From an uncultured Actinomycetes bacterium (GTDB lineage Bacteria; Actinomycetota; UBA4738; HRBIN12): DNA of 64,000 nt. Position 1 is the stretch's first letter. Each line of letters opens with the position of its first letter. Of the stretch, positions 1 through 9,427 are shown in pieces. The notes under the pieces were generated by a model. It was not told where the DNA came from, made no database searches, and worked only from the letters and a program-made list of their open reading frames with translations. Where the stretch lies: NCBI GenBank assembly GCA_963704725.1, contig OY969934.1, positions 928,001-992,000 on the forward strand, given 5' to 3'. The position numbers and the translations under genes are program-made.

Positions 1-1
1 T

Positions 2-469
2 CACCTCGCGGGGCGCGGCGACGTGGACGTCGAGCGGGTGGGGGCGGTGGGCGTCTCGCTCGGCGGCTACTACGCGCCGCGGACCGCGGCGTTCGAGCCG
101 CGGGTGAAGGCCGTGTGCTCGATCGGCGGGCCGCACACGTTCGGCGAGTTCTTCGACGATCGGCCCTCGCTGACGAAGGAGACGTTCGTGCATCACAGCG
201 GGGCGAAGGACCTCGAGGAGGCCAAGCGCATCGCCGACACCCTGACGCTCACCGACGTGCTGCCGAAGGTCGACCAGCCGTTCCTGGTGATCTTCGGCCG
301 GCTCGACCGCCTGATCCCGTACCAGCACGCCGAGCGGGTTGCGGCGGAGGCCCCGAACGCGGAGCTCGTGATGTACGCGGAGGGGAACCACGTCTGCAAC
401 AACATCCCCTACAGGTACCGCCCGCTGGCCGGCGACTGGATGGCCGAGCGCCTCGCCGGCGGGTCGTGA
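2..469 (+). CDS. alpha/beta hydrolase, C-terminal part (2,6-dihydroxypseudooxynicotine hydrolase-like family), 5' truncated by window
   Basis: Nucleophile elbow GVSLGG (GxSxG), acid motif GRLDRLIP and C-terminal EGNH(V)CNN His motif. Frame is open from the window start. Confidence 0.8.
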   Translation, partial: HLAGRGDVDVERVGAVGVSLGGYYAPRTAAFEPRVKAVCSIGGPHTFGEFFDDRPSLTKETFVHHSGAKDLEEAKRIADTLTLTDVLPKVDQPFLVIFGRLDRLIPYQHAERVAAEAPNAELVMYAEGNHVCNNIPYRYRPLAGDWMAERLAGGS

Positions 470-479
470 TCGCCGCCAC

Positions 480-2771
480 ATGACCGAGGCCCCGCGGCCG
501 CCGTGGATCGGGCGCCCGGAGCTCCGCCGCGAGGACCGGCGGCTCGTCCGCGGCGAGGGCCGGTTCGTCGGCACCGTCGCGCTTCCCGGGACGCTGCACG
601 TCGCGTTCGTCCGCAGCCCGTTCGCGCATGCCCGCCTCCTGCACGTCGACGCCTCGGTCGCCGAGCGGTCGCCGGGCGTCGTCGCCGTGCTCACGGCGGC
701 CGAACTCGGCCCGGTGGCCGCGATGCCGGTGAACGTCGTCGACGGCGCAGAGGTGGTCCTCGTCCCACCGCCGCTCCTCGCGGTCGGGCGCGTCCGATTC
801 GCCGGCGAGGCCGTCGCCGCCGTCGTGGCGGAGACGCAGGCCGCGGCGGAGGACGCGGCCGAGCTCGTGGACGTCGAGTACGACCCCCTGCCCGTGGTGG
901 CGGACGTGGAGGCCGCGCTCCGAGCCGAGAGCGTCGTCCACGAGGAGGTCCCGGACAACGTGCTGCTCCGGTGGCGGCGCACCGCGGGCGACGTGGACGG
1001 TGCGTTCGCGTCGGCACGACACGTGGTGGGCGGGCGGTTCGCGATGCCGCGCCTGGTCGCCGCGCCGATCGAGCCGCGCGGCGCCCTCGCCCTGTACGAC
1101 CCTTCGTCGGACCTGCTCACGCTGTGGCTGTCGAGCCAGGACCCGCACCGGCCGCGAGCCAACCTGTCCGCGGTGCTGGGGCGGCCGCCCGAGCGCATCC
1201 GCGTCGTGGTCGGCGACGTGGGGGGAGCCTTCGGGAGCAAGGGCACCCTGGCCCTCGAGGCGGCGGTCGCCGCGATCGCGGCGATCCGGCTCGGCCGCCC
1301 GGTCCGGTGGATCGAGGGCCGCTCGGAGAACTTCCTCGCGGCGTACCAGGGACGGGGCTTCCGGGCCGACGCGGAGCTCGCCGTGGGCGAGGACGGGCGG
1401 TTCCTCGCCCTGCGGGCCCGGCTGGTGGCCGACCTCGGCGCCTATCTCTTCCCGACCACGCCGACCGTGCCGACGACTGCGGCGATGCTCGTCACCGGCG
1501 CGTACGAGACCCCGGCGGCCGACGTCGAGCTGCTGGGCGTGGCGACGAACCGGGTGCCGACCGGCCCGTACCGCGGCGCGGGCCGGCCCGAGGGGGCCTA
1601 CGTGGCCGAGCGGCTGGCGGACCTGGCGGCCCGACGCCTGGGGATGGACCCGGCCGAGATCCGCCGCCGGAACCTCGTGCCGTCCGAGCGATTCCCCTAC
1701 GAGACGCCACTCGGGTTCACCTACGACTCGGGGGACTACGCGGCCGCGCTCGACCGCGCGTGCGAACGGTTCGGGTACGAGCGTCGCCGGGCGGATCGGG
1801 ACCGCGCCCGCGACGAGGGCCGGTTGGTCGGTCTGGGTCTCGCGGTGTTCATCGAGCGGGCCGGCGCCGGGATGTGGGAGTCGGGCGCGGTGCGGATCGA
1901 ACAGGACGGCGCGATCGTCGTGCGGACGGGCTCGACCGCGCACGGGCAGGGGCACGAGACGACGTTTGCGCAGATCGCCGCGGACGCGCTCGGCGTCGAC
2001 CTCGCCGACGTCCGGGTCGAGGCGGGCGACACGGCGGAGGTTCCGGAGGGGGTGGGGACCTTCGCCAGCCGTTCGGTGACCGTGGGCGGGTCGGCCGTGC
2101 TCGAGGCCGCCCGCGCGGTGCGCGAGCGCGCCACGGCGGTGGCCGCCCGGATGCTCGAGGTCGATGCGGGGTCGGTGCGGTGGGGGCGGGGGACCGTCTC
2201 GGCGAACGGTCGCGAGCTGTCGCTCGGGGAGGTGGCGCGGGCGGCCACGGATGTCCCGGGACGGCCGCCCGGGCTTTCTGCGGCGGTCCGCTTCACGCTG
2301 CCGGGCCTGGTGTTCCCCTACGGCGCGTACGCGGTCGCGATCGAGATCGACCCCGAGACCGGGACGCTCGCGGTGGACCGGGTCGTCGCCGTCGACGACG
2401 CCGGTCGGCTCGTGAACCCGCTCCTCGCCGAGGGGCAGGTGGTCGGCTCGACCGTCCAGGGTCTCGGCCAGGCGCTGCTCGAGGAGATGGTGCACGACGA
2501 GGACGGTCAACCGTTGACCGGCAACTTCGCCGACTACGCCATCCCCACCGCGCCGGACGTCCCCGCGATCGACGGCGAGTTCCAGGAGACGCCGTCGCCA
2601 CTCAACCCGCTTGGGGCGAAAGGGATCGGCGAGAGCGGTTCGATCGCCATGCCGGCGGCGATGGCGAACGCGGTCGCCGACGCGCTGGCGCCGCTCGGCG
2701 TGGAGCACCTCGACCCGCCGTACACCCCCGAGAAGCTGTGGCGCGCCATCCGCGATGCCCGGCGCTCGTGA
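480..2771 (+). CDS. xanthine dehydrogenase family molybdopterin-binding large subunit (CoxL form II-like)
   Basis: 763 aa with RREDRRLVRGEG start, VGGAFGSKG, active-site loop PYRGAGRPE, HGQGHETTFAQ and GAKGIGESG. Confidence 0.9.
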   Translation: MTEAPRPPWIGRPELRREDRRLVRGEGRFVGTVALPGTLHVAFVRSPFAHARLLHVDASVAERSPGVVAVLTAAELGPVAAMPVNVVDGAEVVLVPPPLLAVGRVRFAGEAVAAVVAETQAAAEDAAELVDVEYDPLPVVADVEAALRAESVVHEEVPDNVLLRWRRTAGDVDGAFASARHVVGGRFAMPRLVAAPIEPRGALALYDPSSDLLTLWLSSQDPHRPRANLSAVLGRPPERIRVVVGDVGGAFGSKGTLALEAAVAAIAAIRLGRPVRWIEGRSENFLAAYQGRGFRADAELAVGEDGRFLALRARLVADLGAYLFPTTPTVPTTAAMLVTGAYETPAADVELLGVATNRVPTGPYRGAGRPEGAYVAERLADLAARRLGMDPAEIRRRNLVPSERFPYETPLGFTYDSGDYAAALDRACERFGYERRRADRDRARDEGRLVGLGLAVFIERAGAGMWESGAVRIEQDGAIVVRTGSTAHGQGHETTFAQIAADALGVDLADVRVEAGDTAEVPEGVGTFASRSVTVGGSAVLEAARAVRERATAVAARMLEVDAGSVRWGRGTVSANGRELSLGEVARAATDVPGRPPGLSAAVRFTLPGLVFPYGAYAVAIEIDPETGTLAVDRVVAVDDAGRLVNPLLAEGQVVGSTVQGLGQALLEEMVHDEDGQPLTGNFADYAIPTAPDVPAIDGEFQETPSPLNPLGAKGIGESGSIAMPAAMANAVADALAPLGVEHLDPPYTPEKLWRAIRDARRS

Positions 2772-2826
2772 CCTCCCGAGAGCGCGTCCGGCACGCCGGT
2801 CTTGGGCCGGTCCCTCGTCGCTCAGC

Positions 2827-4206
2827 TCATGCGGCCGGTGGGACGTTCTGGTTCAGCCGGAACAGGTTGGTCGGGTCGTAGCGGGCCTTGATCTCGGCGA
2901 GCCGGTCCCACGTCGGGCCCGGGTAGGCCTGGTGGACCCGCGCCTCGCCCTCGTCGCTGAGGAAGCCCGTGTACGCGCCGGCCTCGCCGCGCTGCAGCGC
3001 CGCGGAGAAGTCGGTGACCCACTGCTCGTGCGTGACCCGCTCGCCGGGGTCCCCGTAGATGGCGGCGACGTTCACCATGAGCTGCCGCCCGCGGTGCGCG
3101 AACGCCGTCGAGTCTTCGGGGACCCGAGCCATGGCCCCGCCGAGGACCCGCAGCTGCGCCGCGCGCATCATCGCGCTCGAAGCCTCAAGCCGTTCCAGGA
3201 TCGTGGAGATCGCTGATCCGTCGACGGCGTCGACGAACATCGTCCTCGCCGCGGCGACGGGGCGGTAGTTGGGGTCCTCGGGCGGATACATCTCGGGGTA
3301 AGAGATCGGCCGAACCATGTCGACGATCGGCGAGGCGAGCGCTCGGAAGGGCGCGAAGGCCCTCTGGCCGGCCTCGTCGTCGCCGGCGAAGCAAACGAGC
3401 GCCATGATCACGATCTTGCCGTGGTACTCCTCAGGTACGAAGGGCATGGGCGGCGCCGTCATCACGTTGGCGATCGTCGAGAGCTCCTCCGGCGCCCCCT
3501 CCGCCTCGGCCAGGAACCCGGCGATCGTCTCGGGCGTCGCGGGCAACATCAACATCCCGCCCACGACCCCGTTCACCTCCTGCAGTCGGTAGTGGAACCG
3601 GGTGGCGACGCCGAGGTTCCCGCCGCCGCCGCGGATCGCCCAGAACAGATCGGGATGAGATCCCTCGTCGACCTGCAGGGTCTCGCCGTCGGCGGTGACG
3701 ACCTCGGCGGCGAGGAGCGAGTCGATCGTGAGGCCGTGCTTGCGGACGAGGTACCCGACGCCGCCGGCGAGCGTGATCCCGCCGATCCCGACGGAGCCCG
3801 TGTCGCCGAACCCCGTCGCTAGTCCGTGCGTGGCGGCCTGGGTCGTGTACTCACCGGTCGTGAGGCCCGTCTCGGCCCACGCGGTGCGCTCCTCGACGTC
3901 GATCTCGAGGGACTTCATCGCCCGGAGGTCGATGACGATGCCGCCCTCGGACGCGCTGTGACCGGCGGGGCTGTGACCGCCGCTGCGGACCGCGAGCTCC
4001 GCTCCTGACTCGCTCGCGAGCCGGACGACCGCGGCCACGTCCGCGGCCCCCGCGACCCGAACGATCGCGGCGGGGCGGCGGTCGACCGCGCTATAGAACA
4101 CCCTTCGCGCGTCGTCGTACTCGGGGTCGTCGGGCCCGATGACGCGGCCTTCGACGCCGTCGCGGAGCTGTGAGATCGATACGTCTGAGGAGGGCGGGCG
4201 CTCCAT
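2827..4206 (-). CDS. FAD-binding oxidoreductase (VAO/berberine-bridge family)
   Basis: RSGGH covalent-FAD motif, DLFWAIRGGGGNLG and C-terminal BBE motif RLAEIKARYDPTNLF. Start set at ATG 4206, which has a GGAAAGGAG RBS upstream. Confidence 0.9.
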   Translation of the reverse strand: MERPPSSDVSISQLRDGVEGRVIGPDDPEYDDARRVFYSAVDRRPAAIVRVAGAADVAAVVRLASESGAELAVRSGGHSPAGHSASEGGIVIDLRAMKSLEIDVEERTAWAETGLTTGEYTTQAATHGLATGFGDTGSVGIGGITLAGGVGYLVRKHGLTIDSLLAAEVVTADGETLQVDEGSHPDLFWAIRGGGGNLGVATRFHYRLQEVNGVVGGMLMLPATPETIAGFLAEAEGAPEELSTIANVMTAPPMPFVPEEYHGKIVIMALVCFAGDDEAGQRAFAPFRALASPIVDMVRPISYPEMYPPEDPNYRPVAAARTMFVDAVDGSAISTILERLEASSAMMRAAQLRVLGGAMARVPEDSTAFAHRGRQLMVNVAAIYGDPGERVTHEQWVTDFSAALQRGEAGAYTGFLSDEGEARVHQAYPGPTWDRLAEIKARYDPTNLFRLNQNVPPAA

Positions 4207-4505
4207 CGCGGGACTCCTTTCCAGGGTCGGCTCATCTGTTCGACCCACATCGAGGACCGGACTCATCGGTCGTGCCAGCTTGACGAAACGGACGGTCGAT
4301 CTGTGACGGCCGTCCGGTTTCGTCCCTCGGCAACCTCCGAGCCGTTCGACGAGCGGGCGTCGCCGAGCCTATCGAACGAAGGTCGGATCACGGGACGCGA
4401 TCTCGACCTGCGGGGTAGCTTCCGCGGCATGTCGAGACCGGGACCGCCGCTCCGACGTTCCGGGCAGAGGCGCCGAACCGGCGCCGGAGTGAAAGGAGTG
4501 GAGCC

Positions 4506-4856
4506 GTGAAGTACGTCGTGCTGATCTACACCAACCCCGCCACGTGGGAGACCCTGTCCAAGGAGGAGCTGGACGGGCTGATGGGGGAGTTCGACGCGCA
4601 GCAGAAGGAGCTGGCCGCGTCGGGAGAGTTCGTTGCCGGCGCCGCGCTGTCTCCTCCGACCACGGCGAAGACCGTTCGGGTGCGCGAGGGGGTTCCCGCG
4701 ATCACGGACGGGCCGTTCGCGGAGGCGAAGGAGCAGCTGGCCGGGTACTTCGTCATCGACTGCGAGAGCATCGAGCGCGCCACCGAAGTCGCGTCCCGCG
4801 ATCCGAACGCCCGGCTCGGCGCGGTCGAGGTCCGGCCGATCATGGACGAGGTCTGA
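4506..4856 (+). CDS. YciI/DGPF family protein
   Basis: MKYVVLIY start, TDGPFAEAKEQLAGY motif, VEVRPI end and AAAGGAG RBS. Confidence 0.92.
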   Translation: MKYVVLIYTNPATWETLSKEELDGLMGEFDAQQKELAASGEFVAGAALSPPTTAKTVRVREGVPAITDGPFAEAKEQLAGYFVIDCESIERATEVASRDPNARLGAVEVRPIMDEV

Positions 4857-4875
4857 GCTCGAGGGGGATGCGAGC

Positions 4876-5238
4876 GTGAAGTACCTGCTGATGATCTACA
4901 TGAACCCGGCGATCTGGGATTCCCTGTCCGAGGACGAGCGGGACACCGTGTTTGCCGCTCACGACGCGTTCCAGAAGCCCATCAAGGAATCGGGAGAGCT
5001 GCTCGGCTTCGCGGCGCTGGCCGACCCGTCCACCAGCACCACGGTGCGTGTGCGCGACGGGGTTCCGGCGATCACGGACGGTCCGTACGTCGAGGCCAAG
5101 GAGTTCCTGGCCGGCTACTACGTCGTCGATTGCGAGACCGTCGAGCGGGCGCACGAGCTGGCCGCCCAGATCCCCGACGCCCGGTACACGGCCGTGGAGA
5201 TTCGTCCGGTGATGGACGAGTCCGGAGCCGAGATGTGA
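4876..5238 (+). CDS. YciI/DGPF family protein (second paralog)
   Basis: GTG start VKYLLMIY after a GAGGGGG RBS, TDGPYVEAKEFLAGY motif, VEIRPV. Stop overlaps the next start (GTGA). Confidence 0.92.
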   Translation: MKYLLMIYMNPAIWDSLSEDERDTVFAAHDAFQKPIKESGELLGFAALADPSTSTTVRVRDGVPAITDGPYVEAKEFLAGYYVVDCETVERAHELAAQIPDARYTAVEIRPVMDESGAEM

Positions 5239-7676
5239 CCACGATGACCGCCCCCGAGGACCTGCTGCGCCGACTTGCGCCGCAGGTCCTCGGGGCGCTC
5301 GTCCGCCGCTTCGGTCGCTTCGACGCGTGCGAGGACGCGGTCCAAGAGGCCCTGCTCGCCGCCGCCGTCCAGTGGACCGACCAGGGGGTGCCGGAGAACC
5401 CTCGCGGATGGCTGATCACGGTGGCCTCGCGCCGGCTGACCGATCAGCTCCGCAGCGAGACCGCCCGCCGCCGCCGCGAGGGCACGGCCGCGGCCCTCGA
5501 GCCCGAGCACCTCCAGGTGCCCGGCGCCGACGAGGAGCGGTCGCCGGACCGGGACGACACGCTGACCCTCCTGTTCCTGTGCTGCCATCCGGCGCTGTCG
5601 CCCGCCTCGCAGGTCGCGCTCACCCTGCGCGCCGTGGGCGGTCTGACCACCGCGGAGATCGCGCGGGCCTTCCTCGTGCCCGAGACGACGATGGGGCAGC
5701 GCATCAGCCGGGCCAAGCAGCGCATCAAGGCGTCCGACATCCCGTTCGCGATGCCCCCGGAGCACGAGCGCACCGAGCGGCTCGCCGCGGTCCTGCACGT
5801 CCTGTACCTGGTTTTCAACGAGGGCTACACGACGAGCACCGGCCCCGGCCTGCAGCGCGGCGAGCTCACCGCGGAGGCGATCCGGCTGGCCCGCGAGCTT
5901 CGGCGGTTCCTGCCCGACGACGGGGAGGTGGCCGGGCTCCTCGCACTGATGCTGCTCACGGACGCCCGCCGACCGGCGCGAACCCGGCCCGACGGCTCCC
6001 TCGTCCCTCTGCAGGAGCAGGACCGGACGACGTGGGACCGGGAGGCCATCGCGGAGGGCGTCGCTCTGGTCACCGGCGCGCTGTCGCGTGCGCCGATCGG
6101 CCCGTACCAGCTGCAGGCGGCGATCGCCGCGGTGCACGACGAGGCGGCGCGGGCCGAGGACACCGACTGGCCCCAGATCGTCGCCCTGTACGAGCTCCTC
6201 GAGCGCCTCTCGCCCAACCCCATGGTCACCCTGAACCACGCCGTCGCGGTGGCCATGGTCCGCGGGCCGAGGGCGGGGCTCGAACTGCTGGCGAGCCTGG
6301 ACGGAGACGAGCGACTGGCCCGGCACCACCGACTCGCGGCGGTCCGCGCCCATCTGCTCGAGATGGCGGGCGACCACGCGGCCGCGCGGACGAGCTACCG
6401 GACGGCCGCTCGCCGCACCACCAGCCTCCCCGAGCAGCGGTACCTCGAGGCCCGGGCCGCGCGGCTGGCCGACATGACGGCCGCCGACCTCGCCGAGCGC
6501 AGCGGCGCGAGCGTCGAGTACCTCCGCCGGCTGATCGAGGCCGGCATCATCTCGGGCGGCGGATCCGATCGACCCTTCGCCGTGCCCGACATCCAGCGGG
6601 TCCGGCTGGCGCGCGAGCTCGACCGGTCCGGGATCCCCCTCGAGGCCATCGGGCGGGCCGTCGAGTCCGGGCACCTTTCGTTCAGCTTCGTGGAGGCCAT
6701 CTTCCCCGACCCGCCGGCGCTCGGCCCCAAGACCGTTCGCGACGCGGCCGCGGAGCTCGGCCTGCCGCTGGAGACCGTGACCCGCCTGTACGCGATGTGG
6801 GGCCTCGCCCGGCCCGAGCCCGACGAGCCCATCCGAGAGGACGACGCCGCCGTGTTCGCCGAGTGGGCGGCGATCCTGCCGCCGCGCTCGCTCACGCAGG
6901 ACGTCTTCGTCCACGGCGCCCGGCTGTTCGGCGAGGCGGCGCGGCGCGTGGCCGACTTCGCGTTCGACGTCTCGCGCGCCTACGTCGAGGCGCCGATGCT
7001 GGCCTCCGGGATGCGGCTGCAACAGGTGATGGACGCCACCGGGGCGTTCTCCCAGGCCGCGACGGCGTCCCTGCAGCGACAGCTCGCCTGGCTCGTGCAG
7101 CGCCAGCTCGAGCACCACACGACGCAGTTCGTGTTCGAGTACGTGGAGACGGCGATCGAGGAGGCGGGCGGTGCGCCGGCCCGGGCGGCGTCGCCGCCGG
7201 CGATGGCGTTCGTGGACCTCACCGGGTACACGGCGCTCACCGAGGAGCTGGGCGACGAGGCTGCGGCCGAGCGCGCCACGCTGCTCGCTTCCGTCGTGCA
7301 GGAGGTCGCCCACGCGGGCGGCGGCCGGGTGATGAAGCTCCTCGGCGATGGTGCGATGTTCTACTTCGAAGATCCCGGCGCCGCCGTGCTCTCGGGGCTG
7401 GAGCTCGTGGAGCGGGTCGACGGCTCCGACCTTCCACCGGCCCGGGTCGGCATCGCGGCGGGCCCCGTCGTGTTCCGCGAGGGCGATTGCTTCGGGCGCA
7501 CGGTCAACGTCGCGGCGAGGGTGGCGGATCGGGCGCGGCCGAGACAGGTGCTCGTCACGGCAGGGGTGGTGAGCGTCTCCGATCCGGCCCGCGTGACGTT
7601 CCGGGACGTGGGAATGGTCGCGCTGAGGGGTATCTCGGAGCCGATGCCACTGTCGATCGCCGCCCGCGTGCGCTGA
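5235..7676 (+). CDS. ECF sigma factor (ECF42-like, long TPR-like C-terminal extension) in frame with MerR-like HTH and class III adenylate cyclase domains
   Basis: Sigma region 2 EDAVQEALLAA..PRGWLITVA; LLFLCCHPALS; region 4 LTTAEIARAFLV..QRISRAK; GPYQLQAAIAAVH. Then MTAADLAERSG HTH, followed by cyclase motifs FVDLTGYT, KLLGDGAM and GDCFGRTVNVAAR. No stop between 5235 and 7676. Confidence 0.8.
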   Translation: MTTMTAPEDLLRRLAPQVLGALVRRFGRFDACEDAVQEALLAAAVQWTDQGVPENPRGWLITVASRRLTDQLRSETARRRREGTAAALEPEHLQVPGADEERSPDRDDTLTLLFLCCHPALSPASQVALTLRAVGGLTTAEIARAFLVPETTMGQRISRAKQRIKASDIPFAMPPEHERTERLAAVLHVLYLVFNEGYTTSTGPGLQRGELTAEAIRLARELRRFLPDDGEVAGLLALMLLTDARRPARTRPDGSLVPLQEQDRTTWDREAIAEGVALVTGALSRAPIGPYQLQAAIAAVHDEAARAEDTDWPQIVALYELLERLSPNPMVTLNHAVAVAMVRGPRAGLELLASLDGDERLARHHRLAAVRAHLLEMAGDHAAARTSYRTAARRTTSLPEQRYLEARAARLADMTAADLAERSGASVEYLRRLIEAGIISGGGSDRPFAVPDIQRVRLARELDRSGIPLEAIGRAVESGHLSFSFVEAIFPDPPALGPKTVRDAAAELGLPLETVTRLYAMWGLARPEPDEPIREDDAAVFAEWAAILPPRSLTQDVFVHGARLFGEAARRVADFAFDVSRAYVEAPMLASGMRLQQVMDATGAFSQAATASLQRQLAWLVQRQLEHHTTQFVFEYVETAIEEAGGAPARAASPPAMAFVDLTGYTALTEELGDEAAAERATLLASVVQEVAHAGGGRVMKLLGDGAMFYFEDPGAAVLSGLELVERVDGSDLPPARVGIAAGPVVFREGDCFGRTVNVAARVADRARPRQVLVTAGVVSVSDPARVTFRDVGMVALRGISEPMPLSIAARVR

Positions 7677-8167
7677 CCCCGGCCCGCGCCTACGCGCTCG
7701 ACGCGATCGCTCGGACGCAGGCATGGTCCGAACCGCCACCGTCCGCCGTCGAGGAGGACCCACTCGGTGGATCCCGCGCTCGGAATCCGCCCATCGGATC
7801 GAAGACAAACGGGACGGGGATCGCCGATCGATGCGCGGAGCATCCGTGGATGGACGAGGGCTTTCGACCGCCGACGCGTCGTTCGGCGCCCTCACCACGA
7901 CCGACCACGACACCGGCGTGTCGAGCCGGGCGATCGTGATCTTCGAACGGCACCTCGCGGTCGCCGGGGCGTAACCTCTTCTGCGCACCCGGCAGTTCCC
8001 GAACGACGACCGTCGGGCCGTGCCTGTTGGGCGGTGGGGACATACCGTGCACCGCCGGGAAGCACACACCGCGGTGCAATGAGAAATCCGCCACGGGCTC
8101 GCTCCAACCCTCGTTCTCCGCGGCGTGTGTACAATCGCACCCACGCTGCGGATTGAAAGGGGCTCTC

Positions 8168-8347
8168 GTGGCGGACAAGCTGATCTGTGACTTCGAGCAC
8201 GAACGCCCGGTTCGGGCGACGGTCAAGCTAGAGGTCAAGTCGACCCGGGCCGGCAAGCCAGGCCATCCCATGATCCGCGTGACCGCTCTGTGTGCGGCGC
8301 ACGCCCGCGAGCTCCGAAAGCTGGGGCTCGAGCTCGTCGGGACGTAG
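8168..8347 (+). CDS. small hypothetical protein (59 aa), possible metal-binding CxxxH...CxxH
   Basis: GAAAGGGG RBS before GTG 8168 and TACAAT -10-like box near 8130. Sequence VADKLICDFEH...LCAAHARELRKLGLELVGT. Confidence 0.6.
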   Translation: MADKLICDFEHERPVRATVKLEVKSTRAGKPGHPMIRVTALCAAHARELRKLGLELVGT

Positions 8348-8494
8348 CCGAGCTCGGCCCGATCCGGCGAACGGCACCCGGCCGGCCCGGCGCAGGCACG
8401 CACCGCCGATTGGGTGACGGGCGTTTGGGGGCTCCTGCCGAGGGGCCTAACCGGCCGATAACCAAAGGTGTACTCCCCGACGAAGGGAACGCCG

Positions 8495-9394
8495 ATGGCC
8501 GTGCGCCGCAATCTCAGTCGAGACCTCCGAGCGTGGTGGGCAACCCTGGCCCTGATCGGGCTGTTCGGGGCGGGCCTGGCATACGGGGTGACCTGGTATA
8601 CGCAGGGGCGCCTGGAGCGCGACGCGACGCGCGACGCCCGGAAGCTGGTGGTCGAGTCGTTCCAGCCGCTGCTGTCGACCGCCGACGTCGAGGCCCCGGT
8701 CCGGGGAGACCGGTACGACGAGCTCCTCGCCACACTGCGCGAAGGCCTGCTCTCCGGACCCATCAACGCCGTCCGGTTGTGGAGAGCGGACGGGACGGTC
8801 CTGTTCGCGGACACCCCCGCGATGGTCGGGGAGCGGGATCCCGAGATGCGGGAGGCCATCCACTCGGCCACCGCCGGCACCGCCGAGGGCTTCGTGGACG
8901 GCGATCGCTTCCGGGTCTTCGCGCCGGTCCACGTCGGCGACTCCGACGTGCTCGTCGCGGCTGAGCTCGACCGGTCCCACGCCGCGATCGTCGCAGAGGC
9001 GCGAGAGACGTGGTACCCGTGGGTCGGGCGCGGCCTGGCCGTCGCTGCGGGCTTCGCCGGTCTGTACGTGGTCACGGCCATCTTCTTCGGGATCCTCGGC
9101 GGTCTCGGCCGCCGGGCCTCCCGGAGGGAGGCCTCCGCTCCGGCCAAGCCGGCGCGTGCTCGCCGGGAGGTGCCACCGGCGCCGATCCCGAACCTTCCCC
9201 CCTACATGCAACCGGGGTTCCAGGACGAGGTCCAGGCCCGGCGGGAGGTGGAGGGAGAGCTCGAGACCGTGATGCGGGAGCGGGACTCGCTGCGGGAACG
9301 GGTTCGCCGCCTCGAGATCGAACTGGAGCGCCGGGCCGGCGGCGAGGACGACGGGGACCGCCCCGGTGAGGTCGTCCCCCTCGCCCGCCGCTGA
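8495..9394 (+). CDS. two-TM membrane protein with extracytoplasmic sensor-like domain and C-terminal coiled coil
   Basis: TM1 WWATLALIGLFGAGLAYG; VRLWRADGTVLFAD resembling a periplasmic PAS/Cache motif; TM2; C-terminal heptad-like helix. GAAGGGA RBS. Confidence 0.65.
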   Translation: MAVRRNLSRDLRAWWATLALIGLFGAGLAYGVTWYTQGRLERDATRDARKLVVESFQPLLSTADVEAPVRGDRYDELLATLREGLLSGPINAVRLWRADGTVLFADTPAMVGERDPEMREAIHSATAGTAEGFVDGDRFRVFAPVHVGDSDVLVAAELDRSHAAIVAEARETWYPWVGRGLAVAAGFAGLYVVTAIFFGILGGLGRRASRREASAPAKPARARREVPPAPIPNLPPYMQPGFQDEVQARREVEGELETVMRERDSLRERVRRLEIELERRAGGEDDGDRPGEVVPLARR

Positions 9395-9427
9395 GGACGG
9401 GACCCCGCCCCTCGAGGCCCCGGCGCC

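Noticed and set aside
480-2771. Aerobic CO dehydrogenase (form I coxL)
   Set aside because: The active-site loop is PYRGAGR, not AYxCSFR, and no coxM/S or accessory genes follow.
249-2881. Long alternative-frame ORFs (819 aa minus, 792 aa plus) over the CoxL-like gene
   Set aside because: Arg/Pro/Gly-rich shadow ORFs expected in very GC-rich DNA; no motifs. The same applies to 5118..8144, 14085..16346, 21962..25129, 28101..30500 and 55117..58491.
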